NCBI GenBank assembly: GCA_965223415.1
Contig: OZ245002.1
Location: 2,432,001 to 2,496,000, forward strand
From: Myxococcota bacterium
GTDB lineage: Bacteria > Myxococcota_A > UBA9160 > UBA6930
Direction of reading: 5' to 3'
DNA: 64,000 nt
Numbering within the stretch: the stretch's first letter is position 1; the number at the start of each line of letters is the position of its first letter. Positions 12,399 to 22,056 of this stretch are shown piece by piece. A program made the position numbers and the translations under genes. The notes under the pieces were generated by a model, which had not been told where the DNA came from, did not search any database, and worked only from the letters and a program-made list of their open reading frames with translations.

Positions 12399-14093
12399 AT
12401 GTCCGCACTTCCCTTCTCCGCCATGTCCGCCCCCGAGCCGGATCCGGACGCGCTCGCTGCCTCCTACGCCGAGCTCGAGCGGGCCTGGGCGGCCGCCGTC
12501 GACGCGCCAGCGCGTCGCAGCGTGATCGAGCGATGGGACGCGCTGCGCTCCTCCTTCTCGACCTGGTACGAGCTGGCCCAGGTGCGCTTCACCCAGGACA
12601 CCGGCGACGAGGCGGCCCGGGCCGATCGGGAGCGCGCCGACGAGCTGGAGCCCCGGGTCACGAGCCTCGAAGTCGGCTTTCTGCGCGGGCTGCTGGCGGA
12701 GCCCCACCGCGCCGAGCTCGGGGCCCTCCTGGGGCCGCAGGCGGTCGCACTCTACGACCTGAAGGTCCGTGCCTACGACCCGGCCATCGAGGACGCGCGG
12801 GTGCAGGAGGCGAAGCTCGCCGCCGAGTACACGGACCTCGTCGCCCAGGCCAGGATTCCGTTCCGGGGGGAAACCTTCAATCACGCTGGCATCGCGAAGT
12901 TCGCCCAGGATCCGGATCGCGCCGCCCGTCGCGAGGCCGCCGCCGCGCGATGGCAGTGGTTCGAGGAGCACGGCGACGAGCTCGATCGCGTCTACGGCGA
13001 GCTGGTCCGGCTCCGGGACGGAATGGCCCGCTCGCTCGGCCACCCGGACTTCGTCGAGCTCGGCTACGAGCGCATGAAGCGCGTCGACTACGACCGGAAC
13101 GACGTCGAGCGCTTCCGCGCCGAGGTGTGCCGGCACGTGGTTCCACTCTGCGAGCGACTGATCGAGCGACGCACGCGCGAGCTCGGGCTCGATCGCATGA
13201 TGTTCTGGGACGAAACCCTCGCCGACCCGGGCGGCAACCCGAAGCCCCAGGGTGACGAAGCCTGGACCGAGGCCCAGGCGGGGCGCGTCTTCGCCGAGAC
13301 GCACCCGGAGCTGGGGCGGTTCTACGAGATGATGGGCGAGCGCGGCCTCCTCGATCTCGTCACCCGCGAGGGCAAGGCGGCCGGCGGCTACACGACCTTC
13401 TTCGAGGACCACGGCGTGCCCTTCGTGTTCGCCAACTTCAACGGCACCCTCGGCGACGTGGACGTCCTCACCCACGAGGTGGGCCACGCCTTCCAGGTGT
13501 GGTCGAGCCGCGACCTCTTCCCGATGGAGTACCGCTGGCCCACCCTCGAGGCTTGCGAGATCCATTCGATGGGCCTCGAGCACCTGACCTGGCCCGGCGC
13601 CGGGCACTTCTTCGGCGAAGACGCCGAGCGCTACCGTCGCATCCATCTCGAGGGCGGCCTGCTGTTCCTCCCCTACGGCGTGGCGGTGGACGACTTCCAG
13701 CACCAGGTCTACGAGCGACCCGGCGCGAGCCCGGCCGAGCGCCACGCAATGTGGGCGGAGGTGGAGCGCCGCTACCTGCCCTGGCGCGAGAACGGCGGCA
13801 TCGCCCGGCTCGAGCAGGGCGGGCGTTGGCAGGCCCAGCTCCACATCTACGGCGCCCCGTTCTACTACATCGACTACACCCTCGCGCTCACCTGCGCGCT
13901 CCAGCTCTGGGAGTGGGCCGACCGCGACCGGCCGGCGGCGGTCGACGCCTACGTCGGCCTGTGTCGCCGAGGGGGAAGCGCTCCGTTCCAGGATCTGGTG
14001 CGCGACGCCGGCCTCACCAGCCCCTTCGACGCCGGCTGTCTCGAGCGGGTCGTGGGCCACGCGGCGGAGCACCTGGGCCTCGCGGACCGGTAG
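12399..14093 (+). CDS. M3-family oligoendopeptidase
   Basis: HEVGH zinc motif, EACEIHS, HIYGAPFYYIDY. Confidence 0.9.
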   Translation: MSALPFSAMSAPEPDPDALAASYAELERAWAAAVDAPARRSVIERWDALRSSFSTWYELAQVRFTQDTGDEAARADRERADELEPRVTSLEVGFLRGLLAEPHRAELGALLGPQAVALYDLKVRAYDPAIEDARVQEAKLAAEYTDLVAQARIPFRGETFNHAGIAKFAQDPDRAARREAAAARWQWFEEHGDELDRVYGELVRLRDGMARSLGHPDFVELGYERMKRVDYDRNDVERFRAEVCRHVVPLCERLIERRTRELGLDRMMFWDETLADPGGNPKPQGDEAWTEAQAGRVFAETHPELGRFYEMMGERGLLDLVTREGKAAGGYTTFFEDHGVPFVFANFNGTLGDVDVLTHEVGHAFQVWSSRDLFPMEYRWPTLEACEIHSMGLEHLTWPGAGHFFGEDAERYRRIHLEGGLLFLPYGVAVDDFQHQVYERPGASPAERHAMWAEVERRYLPWRENGGIARLEQGGRWQAQLHIYGAPFYYIDYTLALTCALQLWEWADRDRPAAVDAYVGLCRRGGSAPFQDLVRDAGLTSPFDAGCLERVVGHAAEHLGLADR

Positions 14094-14102
14094 ACTCGCG
14101 GG

Positions 14103-14507
14103 ATGAGTGAACGCAGCGATACCCACCGGAAGTCGATCGGCTACCTCCTCTGGATCTTCGGCTTCCTGGGGGCCCACCGCTTCTACTACGGGAAGCCGAT
14201 CTCGGGGACGATCTGGTTCCTCACCCTGGGCCTGCTCGGCATCGGCTGGATCGTCGATCTGTTCCTGATTCCCGGAATGGACCGCGAGGCCGATCTCCGC
14301 TTCGCGGCGGGCGGCGTCGACTACAACCTCTCCTGGGTCCTCCTCACCTTCGTCGGCGTGTTCGGCGTCCACCGGATGTACATGGGGAAGTGGCTCACCG
14401 GCGTCCTTTACCTGCTGACCCTGGGCGTCTGCGGCCTCGGTGTTCTCTTCGACTACTGGACCCTGAACGACCAGATCACCGTCATCAACGCGAAGAGGCA
14501 CGCGTGA
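14103..14507 (+). CDS. TM2/NINE-domain membrane protein
   Basis: Two repeats FGFLGAHRFYYGK and VGVFGVHRMYMGK. Confidence 0.85.
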   Translation: MSERSDTHRKSIGYLLWIFGFLGAHRFYYGKPISGTIWFLTLGLLGIGWIVDLFLIPGMDREADLRFAAGGVDYNLSWVLLTFVGVFGVHRMYMGKWLTGVLYLLTLGVCGLGVLFDYWTLNDQITVINAKRHA

Positions 14508-15472
14508 GGCAGCTCGCGCTTGCTCTCGCCTGCCTGCTCCTGCAGGGGTGTCTCGTCGGTCCGCACCTGTCCCGCTACGCCGAGCGCTACGGCGAAGCCG
14601 TTCCCGCCGAGGGCGTGACCGCGACCTTCCTCGGCTGCGCCTCCCTGGCGTTCCGCGACGGAGAGCACGCGGTGATGACCGACGGCTTCTTCACGCGCCC
14701 CGGCAAGCTCGCGGTCCTGCTGGATCGTCCGGTCGAGCCCGATCCCGAGATCATCCACGGCGGCTTCGCCCGCGTCGGCCTGGAGCGGGTGAGCGCGGTG
14801 GTACCGATCCACTCCCACTACGACCACGCGCTCGATTCGGCCCCGGCGGCCGCCTTGGGTGGCGGGGTCGTGCTGGGGTCTCCGACGACGCGGGCCATCG
14901 CCCGCGGCCAGGGCTACGACAACGCCGAGGTCGCCGTGCTCGGCCAGCCCTATTCCTACCCCCCGTTCACGATCACGCTCTACGGCTCGCGGCACGCGCC
15001 GATCGCCGACGGGGGTCCTCCCTTCCCCGGCGTCCTCGATGCGCCGCTGGCGATGCCGGCGAAGGTCTCGGCCTACCTCGAAGGGGGGAGCTTCGCCGTC
15101 CACGTCGCCCACGAGACGGAAGGTTCCGTCCTCGTGAACGGCAGCGCCGGCTTCGAGCCCGGTGCCTTCGCCGGCGTCGCCGCCGACGTCGTCTACCTGG
15201 GCGCCGGCGGTCTGGACAGCCTCGAGGAGCGGGAGCCCGGCTACATCGAGCGCTACTGGAACGAGGTCGTGATCGCGACCGGTGCGAAAGTGGTTCGGCC
15301 CGTCCACTACGACGACTTCACGACGCCCTTCGGCAGCGAACGCGCCTTCCCGACCTGGATCCTCGGCGATCCGGAGGTCTCCCTCGACGCCCTGGCGGCG
15401 CTCGCGGAGCGCGACGGAGTGCACTTCGAGACCCTGCCCATGCTCGAGCCGGTTTCCTTCGCGGGACCGTAG
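14504..15472 (+). CDS. MBL-fold metallo-hydrolase (lipoprotein)
   Basis: GTGA overlap; LQGC lipobox; TDGFFTRP, HSHYDH and PVHYDDF. Confidence 0.82.
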   Translation: MRQLALALACLLLQGCLVGPHLSRYAERYGEAVPAEGVTATFLGCASLAFRDGEHAVMTDGFFTRPGKLAVLLDRPVEPDPEIIHGGFARVGLERVSAVVPIHSHYDHALDSAPAAALGGGVVLGSPTTRAIARGQGYDNAEVAVLGQPYSYPPFTITLYGSRHAPIADGGPPFPGVLDAPLAMPAKVSAYLEGGSFAVHVAHETEGSVLVNGSAGFEPGAFAGVAADVVYLGAGGLDSLEEREPGYIERYWNEVVIATGAKVVRPVHYDDFTTPFGSERAFPTWILGDPEVSLDALAALAERDGVHFETLPMLEPVSFAGP

Positions 15473-15480
15473 GAGGGACG

Positions 15481-16527
15481 ATGCTCGACGCATCGGCGAT
15501 CGCCGAAGCCCTGCGCGCCGCGGTGCCCCTCCTGGCGGGCATCATGCTGACCAGCCTCCTCGTCTGGCTCGGCCGCCGCCTGCTCCTGCGGCGCCGACGG
15601 GTGGGGCCCGTGCTCGAGTTCGTGGGGCAGCTGTGGACGCTGGTGGGCATCGCCGTGGTGATGGTGGTGGCAGTGCTCACCGCGCCGGTCGAGGCGCAGA
15701 CCCGCGGCCAGCTACTGAGCCTGCTCGGGCTCACCCTCACCGCCATCCTCACCCTCTCGTCGACCACCTTCGTCGCCAATGCGATGGCAGGTCTCATGCT
15801 GAGGGCGGTGTCGAGCTTCCACCCGGGGGACTTCATTCGCGTGGGCGAGCAGTTCGGCCGCGTCACCGAGGTGGGCCTCTTCCACACGGAGATCCAGACC
15901 CGCGACCGCGATCTCATGACCCTGCCCAACCTCCACCTCGTCACCCAGCCCGTCACCGTGGTGAGCGGCTCCGGCACCATCGTGTCCGCCGACGTCTCCC
16001 TGGGCTTCGACGTGCCCCGGAGCCGCATCGAGCCCCTGCTCGCGGAGGCCGCGCGAGGCGCCGGCCTGGACGAGCCCTTCGTGCACGTGCAGGAGATCGG
16101 CGACTTCTCCGTCATCTACCGGGTCGCGGGCTTCCTGGAGGACACGCGCACGCTCCTCAGCACCCGATCGGACCTGCGCGAACAGATGCTCGACGTGCTG
16201 CACCGGGCCGGGATCGAGATCGTCTCCCCCACGTTCATGAACCAGCGCGTTCTCCCCGCCGACACCCGCTTCGTGCCCCATGACGCACCCCCGCCGCCCC
16301 GCGAAAACGATCGCGCCCCCGAGGAGCGAATCTTCGACAAGGCGGAGGAGGCGGCCCGACAGGAGGCGCTTCGCCGCGAGCGCGAGGAGATCGAGGTGGA
16401 GATCGCCGCCCTCGAGGAGCAGCTCGCGGCGACCGAGGGGGGCGACCGCTACCGGCTGCAGCGGAGCATCGAGCTGCGGCGTCAGAGGCTCGCAGCCATC
16501 GAGGGATCGACTGGCGACGCCGGGTAG
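15481..16527 (+). CDS. MscS-family mechanosensitive channel with C-terminal coiled coil
   Basis: AGGAGG RBS; NAMAGLML, FHPGDFIRVGEQFGRV, IEIVSP. Confidence 0.82.
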   Translation: MLDASAIAEALRAAVPLLAGIMLTSLLVWLGRRLLLRRRRVGPVLEFVGQLWTLVGIAVVMVVAVLTAPVEAQTRGQLLSLLGLTLTAILTLSSTTFVANAMAGLMLRAVSSFHPGDFIRVGEQFGRVTEVGLFHTEIQTRDRDLMTLPNLHLVTQPVTVVSGSGTIVSADVSLGFDVPRSRIEPLLAEAARGAGLDEPFVHVQEIGDFSVIYRVAGFLEDTRTLLSTRSDLREQMLDVLHRAGIEIVSPTFMNQRVLPADTRFVPHDAPPPPRENDRAPEERIFDKAEEAARQEALRREREEIEVEIAALEEQLAATEGGDRYRLQRSIELRRQRLAAIEGSTGDAG

Positions 16528-16547
16528 CGCTCGCCGACCTCCAGGGT

Positions 16548-17345
16548 CTACCCGCGGGTACGGGCCCAGTGGGGTCGCTCCGCGAGCGCCCTCAGGGCTG
16601 CCCGGCGGCCGGCGTCGATGCAGCGGAGGACGCCACGCGTCGTCGAATGCACGCGGCCGACGGGCAGAGGGGCGTCCGGGTGGATCACGACGAGGCGCGA
16701 CCTGCTCGCGGGAGGCACCATGTGGGGTCGGCTGCTCACCAGCCGCTTCCAGATGCGCCCGCGGGAGTCCGGGACCACCACGAGGACGCGCTCGCAGTCC
16801 GCGGCGAGAGCCGCCTCGTAGGGAACGTTGTCGACGAAGCCGCCGTCAGCGTAGTAGCGCCCGTCGATCCGGATCGGCCGGCCGTAGACGCCCGGAAGGT
16901 AGTTCGACGCCATCAGCGTGTCGAAGAACGCGTCTCGGTCGTTCCAGCTCTCGAACCAGTGGAGGCGACGGTCCCGGAGGGACGTGGCTCCGATGCGAAG
17001 TCGAATGCAGGAGCTGGCGATCCGTTCGAAGCGAAGCCTGCGCATCGGGATTCCCCGGACGATCTCAGGGAAGTTCGACGGAGTCCCGTGCCGCCAGACG
17101 TTCCGCCACCGGAACTTGGGCGCGCTCGCGACCTCCAGCCAGAACTCGCGCATCTCGTGGATCTGGTCCGTAGCGACACAGGCGGCGTTCCAAGCTCCGG
17201 ATGACACGCCAACGACGGCAGCGAAGCGGAGCCCACGGGCGTGCAGCTCCTCGATCACCCCCACCTGGAAGGCACCGCGAAGGAACCCTCCCGACAGCAC
17301 GAGCCCCAGCCCGCCCTTCGAGGACGCCGTCCGGTACAGCGTCAG
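16548..17345 (-). CDS. Patatin-like phospholipase (start uncertain, possibly CTG)
   Basis: LVLSGGFLRGAFQVG, GVSSG nucleophile elbow, DGG. Confidence 0.8.
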   Translation of the reverse strand: MTLYRTASSKGGLGLVLSGGFLRGAFQVGVIEELHARGLRFAAVVGVSSGAWNAACVATDQIHEMREFWLEVASAPKFRWRNVWRHGTPSNFPEIVRGIPMRRLRFERIASSCIRLRIGATSLRDRRLHWFESWNDRDAFFDTLMASNYLPGVYGRPIRIDGRYYADGGFVDNVPYEAALAADCERVLVVVPDSRGRIWKRLVSSRPHMVPPASRSRLVVIHPDAPLPVGRVHSTTRGVLRCIDAGRRAALRALAERPHWARTRG

Positions 17346-18067
17346 GAGCCACTCCCTGCGGCTCCTCCCTCCGACTCGGCCACCGGCAGCATCGTGCCGA
17401 GCAGCCAGTCCCAGAGCGGGAAGGACACGTTGAAGTTCCCCTTCTCCATCAACGCGAGCTCGTGATGACGCGTGTGATGAGCGCGAAGCCATCCGACGAT
17501 GGCACGTCGCCCCAACCAGGAGTTCCGGCGCAGGTGGTGCAGGAAGTGGAACCACTCGTAGACGAAGTAGTAGGTCAGCACGCTCAGGAAGAAGAGCCAC
17601 GCGATGTTCGTCGACACGACGCTGCCGAGCAGCAGCGGAATCGGGAGGTTCACCACCAGCAGCATCGGAAGCGCGGGCGGCGGAAAGAGGACGTAGAAGA
17701 GCTCGCGCGGATCACGGAAGGCCATGTCGTCGGCGGGGTAGAAGACGTGGTGCTGGAGCGTGTGTCGCTCGTAGAGGATCCGCAGACCGCGCGTCGGGTG
17801 GTGCATGGGCCCCCGGTGGATCCACCACTCGAAGGCGTTCGCGAACACGAAGAAACCAGGAACGAAGAGCCACTCCCACCACAGCGGGCCCTCGAGCAGA
17901 GCGAGGCACGAGCCGATGCCCAGAACCGTCGTCAGGTTCACGAAGGCCCAATGTGCCCGTCCGGAGTAGCGGGCCGGGACCCGGGCCATCATCTCCCGAC
18001 GCTTCGCTTCCCGGCGCGTCGCTCCCCCGTCGAGACCGTGAGGACCCGCGGATTCTGCAGTTGTCAT
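17342..18067 (-). CDS. Fatty acid hydroxylase/sterol desaturase family protein
   Basis: His boxes HRGPMH, HTLQHH, HFLHH and HHTRHH with TM segments. Confidence 0.85.
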   Translation of the reverse strand: MTTAESAGPHGLDGGATRREAKRREMMARVPARYSGRAHWAFVNLTTVLGIGSCLALLEGPLWWEWLFVPGFFVFANAFEWWIHRGPMHHPTRGLRILYERHTLQHHVFYPADDMAFRDPRELFYVLFPPPALPMLLVVNLPIPLLLGSVVSTNIAWLFFLSVLTYYFVYEWFHFLHHLRRNSWLGRRAIVGWLRAHHTRHHELALMEKGNFNVSFPLWDWLLGTMLPVAESEGGAAGSGS

Positions 18068-18069
18068 GA

Positions 18070-19152
18070 TTACTCCTCGAAGATCACCCGTGGTCGCACG
18101 GCGTGTCCGTTCGCCAGTGAGTCGAAGGCTTCGTTCACCCCCTCGAGGGGATGGTCCGGCCCGGCCATCGGCTCGAGCCGGAGCTCGCCGCGAATCGCAA
18201 GATCGAAGAGTCTGGGGAAATCCCGCGCGGGATCGGCTGATCCGTGGACCGAGCCGTGAAGCGATCTGCCGAGGAGGAGCGACACCATCGGGATCGAGAC
18301 CTCCTCGGTCGAGTTGGTGAGCCCGACGGCGACGGCCCGGCCTCCCGAGGAGATGGCGTCGAAGGCCTGCCGTACGACGTCAGCGCTTCCCGCTGACTCG
18401 ATCGCGAGGTCGACACCGCCCTCGAGCAAGCGATGGATGATCGGGACGGGATCGGCGTCGGCGGGTGATAGGACGTCCGTCGCGCCCAGCTCCTTCGCCA
18501 GCTCGAGACGTTCCCGGTTCGGATCCACGGCGATGATCCGCGTGGCACCGGCAACCCGCGCCCCTTGGACGGCGGCGAGCCCGACACCGCCGCAGCCGAA
18601 GACGGCAACGCTCTCGCCCCAGCGCGCGTCGCCGGTGATCGCTGCGGCGCCGAAGCCCGTGGTGACGCCGCAACCGATGATGCACGCATCGCGGAGGGAA
18701 AGCTCGTCCGGGACGGGAATCGCGGAGCGAGAGCCCACGACGACCCGCTCCGACAAGCCGGAGACGCTCATGTAGCGCCCCAGGCTCGTCGAGCCGAGCC
18801 GTAGGGATCCATCGTCGCCATCCGTCCGCATCGCCGCGCAGAGATGGGTTCGCCCGGCCTGGCATGCGCGACACGTCCCGCAGCGGGGAATCCAGGACAG
18901 AACGACGCGCTGACCCTCCGAGACCTCGCTCACCCCGGGGCCGACGACCTCCACGACACCGGCGGCCTCGTGGCCCAGAACGGCCGGGAAGCCGATCCCT
19001 TCCCCCGTGCGCCACACGTGGAGATCGCTGGCACAGATGCCGCAGGCGGCCACGCGCACGCGTACCTCGCCGGGGCCGGGGTCACGCACCGTGATCTCCT
19101 CGATGCGGAGCGGCTCGCCGCGCTCGAGTGCAACCGCCGCTCGCGCTCGCAT
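18070..19152 (-). CDS. Zn-dependent alcohol dehydrogenase
   Basis: GICASD, GHEAAG, CGTCRAC..C, GCGVTTG and GCGGVG. Confidence 0.9.
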   Translation of the reverse strand: MRARAAVALERGEPLRIEEITVRDPGPGEVRVRVAACGICASDLHVWRTGEGIGFPAVLGHEAAGVVEVVGPGVSEVSEGQRVVLSWIPRCGTCRACQAGRTHLCAAMRTDGDDGSLRLGSTSLGRYMSVSGLSERVVVGSRSAIPVPDELSLRDACIIGCGVTTGFGAAAITGDARWGESVAVFGCGGVGLAAVQGARVAGATRIIAVDPNRERLELAKELGATDVLSPADADPVPIIHRLLEGGVDLAIESAGSADVVRQAFDAISSGGRAVAVGLTNSTEEVSIPMVSLLLGRSLHGSVHGSADPARDFPRLFDLAIRGELRLEPMAGPDHPLEGVNEAFDSLANGHAVRPRVIFEE

Positions 19153-19166
19153 GCCTTCCCCCTTCC

Positions 19167-19793
19167 TCAAGGCCGCTGGGAGCGAGGCTTCCCGATTCCG
19201 CGGGCGAAAACCTCGTGCATGAGCGCCACGATCTCGTCGAAGGGGTAGTCGCCGAGACCTGCCGTCTCGCGCTCGACGAGGACCTGGCCGAGATGGAACA
19301 TCAGGTACGCGACGCGCTCCGTATCGATCGGTCGAAGCGAGCCTTCCTCCACACCCTGCGCGAGCACCCGGCGCAGGAGGTCCACGATGCGCTGCTCTTG
19401 CTCGCGTGTGAACGCGTGCGCGACGGGCTCGAGGCTCATCTCTGCGTCTCCAGCCACCGCGAGGCGCATCACGTGGTTGCGCGCGTAGGTCCGTCGCGTG
19501 ATCTCGACGATGCGGCGGATTTTCTCGCCCGCGCTCTCGCCGGTTTCGAGTACCCCCGACGCCTCGCGGATGAAGGCCTCTGCGTCCTGCGCGAGCAGTC
19601 GTGCATAGAGGTCCTGCTTGTTGCGGAAGTGGGAGTAGAGGGTGGTACGCGAGCACCTGGCTTCGCGGGCGACCTCGTCCATCGTCGTCTTCGGAGCCCC
19701 GAAGCGCAGGAAGCGCCGGCGGGCCGCCTCGAGGATGGCGTCGCGAGTGCTGTCCTGGGGAGGGGCCCGGCGTTCCTCGGGCAGAGTCACCAT
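19167..19793 (-). CDS. TetR/AcrR transcriptional regulator
   Basis: ILEAARRRF..G...TTMDEVAREARCSRTTLYSHFRNK. Confidence 0.9.
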   Translation of the reverse strand: MVTLPEERRAPPQDSTRDAILEAARRRFLRFGAPKTTMDEVAREARCSRTTLYSHFRNKQDLYARLLAQDAEAFIREASGVLETGESAGEKIRRIVEITRRTYARNHVMRLAVAGDAEMSLEPVAHAFTREQEQRIVDLLRRVLAQGVEEGSLRPIDTERVAYLMFHLGQVLVERETAGLGDYPFDEIVALMHEVFARGIGKPRSQRP

Positions 19794-19935
19794 GGGGACA
19801 TCATGAACATTTGATGGCCATTCGTCAACCTGTTAAGATGACTGCGCTCGGCGGAGAAACGAGATCGCCGGTGACGGGCACCGCGGGAGCCATCGGCACC
19901 CGAGATCCCGGGTCACGGGCGAGGAGCGCAAGCCC

Positions 19936-21054
19936 GTGAGAGGATTCGGATTCCTGGATCGCGCACTCCGGGAGCGGGAGCGACGCCGCTGGTTCGAGGA
20001 TCCGCCTCCGGGTCCATTCGACGGACGCGATCCGGTGGCCATTCCCGGCGGCCCGAGCCGGCTGGTCGTCGCGCGCGACGACGATGCCCTGGAGGCCTCC
20101 GGTGTGCCGCGCCGTCGCTTCCTCCGGGAAGCGCTCGCTCGCGGCCTCTCCGCGTTGACCGGGGAGCCCGACGAGCGGAGCGCATGGGCTTCGCTCCTTC
20201 CCGGGTACCGATCCGCTCACGTCGTCGGAATCAAGCTCAACACGGTCGCCCTCCACCTGACGCCTCATCGGGAGGTCGTGGACGCAGTGGTCGGGAGCCT
20301 GGCCGAGGCAGGTGTCCGTCGCCGCGACATCGTCGTCTGGGACAACCTGGGCCGCTTGGGGCCGATGCGCACGCGTTTCTACGGAGATCTCGAAAGACCC
20401 GCAGGCGCCTACTACCAGGGAATGGAGCGCGCCGGCTTCGCGCCGGACCCGGTAGCCGCTCCTCGGGTGCTGTGCACGGTACCGCGGCCGGACGGACTGG
20501 GGTACGACCGGAACGTGCGCGCCGAGATTCCATCCAGAGGGCTGCGGTTGCCCGTCTCGAAGATCCTCACTCGGGTGTGCGACCACGTCATCAACCTCCC
20601 GGTGCCGAAGGATCACCGTGTCACGGGAGTCACTTGCGCGCTCAAGAACTTCTACGGCTGTGTTCCCCTTTGGGACGCGTTTCGGCCTACTCACGCCGAC
20701 CGGATGCACGCGAATCGCGGTGACCCGCAGATCGCCGAGCTCTATGCCAATCCGTGCATCTCGGGGAACGTCCGCCTCCATCTCTGTGACGCCTTGCAGG
20801 CGATCTGCGACGGCGGTCCCTGGGGCGAGCCCCAGCTCGAGCCACGCAGCCTCCTGCTCGCCACGGATCCGGTGGCCCTCGACGCCTACGTGCTCGCGAT
20901 GATCGACAGCGCGCGCGTGGTCCGCGGCATGGAGCGGGTGGCCCGGCGGGCGCGCTACATCGAGTCCGCCGCGCGTCTCGGGCTGGGCACGAACGACCCG
21001 GCTTCGATCGATCTCGTCGATGCCTTCGGGAAGCCGGTTCCGTGGCCGGCCTGA
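19936..21054 (+). CDS. DUF362-domain protein
   Basis: VGIKLN, INLPVPKDH..TGVTCALKNFYG, ATDPVALD. Confidence 0.8.
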   Translation: MRGFGFLDRALRERERRRWFEDPPPGPFDGRDPVAIPGGPSRLVVARDDDALEASGVPRRRFLREALARGLSALTGEPDERSAWASLLPGYRSAHVVGIKLNTVALHLTPHREVVDAVVGSLAEAGVRRRDIVVWDNLGRLGPMRTRFYGDLERPAGAYYQGMERAGFAPDPVAAPRVLCTVPRPDGLGYDRNVRAEIPSRGLRLPVSKILTRVCDHVINLPVPKDHRVTGVTCALKNFYGCVPLWDAFRPTHADRMHANRGDPQIAELYANPCISGNVRLHLCDALQAICDGGPWGEPQLEPRSLLLATDPVALDAYVLAMIDSARVVRGMERVARRARYIESAARLGLGTNDPASIDLVDAFGKPVPWPA

Positions 21055-21069
21055 GGCGCTCCCGATCGG

Positions 21070-22056
21070 CTAGCGCCCGAACAGCTCCCGGTTCGCCCGC
21101 CGCAGGAAGAGCAGCCCGATCGCGGCATTGAACAGCACGAAGAAATTGTGCTGGACGAAGCCGAAAGCGGTCATCTGGGCGGCGTGGTCCGAGAAGAGGG
21201 TGGGCCACAAGGTGACGGCGGCGGCGCGGAAGGGGCCCGGGATGAGGGTGCCGAAGAAGATCACCGGGAGCACGCCCAGCATCTCGACCAGGCCGATCTC
21301 CACGCCGAACAGCCCTGCCGCCTTCGAATACACCCAGACCGCGCCGAGCAGGGCCGGGGAGCGCAGAACGATCACCGTCAGGTACTGCCACCAGTCCGCC
21401 TGGCGGAAGGCGGTGAAGATCTGGCGCTCGCGAAGCGCCACGCCCGAGGTGCGCTCGCTGCGGAACAGGTAGACGACGACGGCGAAGACGGCGAGCGCGA
21501 CCACCGCGACGATCGGAATGGCGTGGAAGATCTCCGGCACCCGGTCCCAGGAGACCGTGCTTCCGACCAGCGCCCAGGTGAGAAGGTAGTAGAACTCACA
21601 GAACATGATGAAGAGCATGCTGCCGCCGACCTGCCAGGCGGGGATGCCCTCGCGTCGGTTCAGGTAGAGGGCGATGGCGCCCTTGCCGACCTGCTCGTTC
21701 AGGATGGAAATGATGTAGGTGCTGGCGCGCACGGGAAAGAGATCGCGGTAGGGGACGCGGCTGTTGAACCAGGCGAGAACGCGCCAGAGGATGAGGGTGT
21801 CGATCAGGAAGTAGAGGAACGAGTAGGGGATCATCAGCGCCAGCCAGGCGCCCCAGTCGACGGAGGCGAAGATCTCCGCGAGGTAGGCGCCGGCGGTCAT
21901 GCCCTTGCGGCCGGCTTCGCCGGAGATTCGCCAGTAGAGGTAGCCGAAGCAGATGACGGTGATCGCCCAGGGAAGAACCCGGCTCGCCCAGCCGTTGCGA
22001 CGCGCTTCGGGCGGGCCGTCTGCGGCGTCGGTGGCCTCGGGCGGGGCGTCGGTCAT
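21070..22056 (-). CDS. Lysylphosphatidylglycerol-synthase-TM/flippase-like membrane protein
   Basis: About 8 hydrophobic segments; RASTY..SILNEQVGKG pattern. Confidence 0.55.
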   Translation of the reverse strand: MTDAPPEATDAADGPPEARRNGWASRVLPWAITVICFGYLYWRISGEAGRKGMTAGAYLAEIFASVDWGAWLALMIPYSFLYFLIDTLILWRVLAWFNSRVPYRDLFPVRASTYIISILNEQVGKGAIALYLNRREGIPAWQVGGSMLFIMFCEFYYLLTWALVGSTVSWDRVPEIFHAIPIVAVVALAVFAVVVYLFRSERTSGVALRERQIFTAFRQADWWQYLTVIVLRSPALLGAVWVYSKAAGLFGVEIGLVEMLGVLPVIFFGTLIPGPFRAAAVTLWPTLFSDHAAQMTAFGFVQHNFFVLFNAAIGLLFLRRANRELFGR

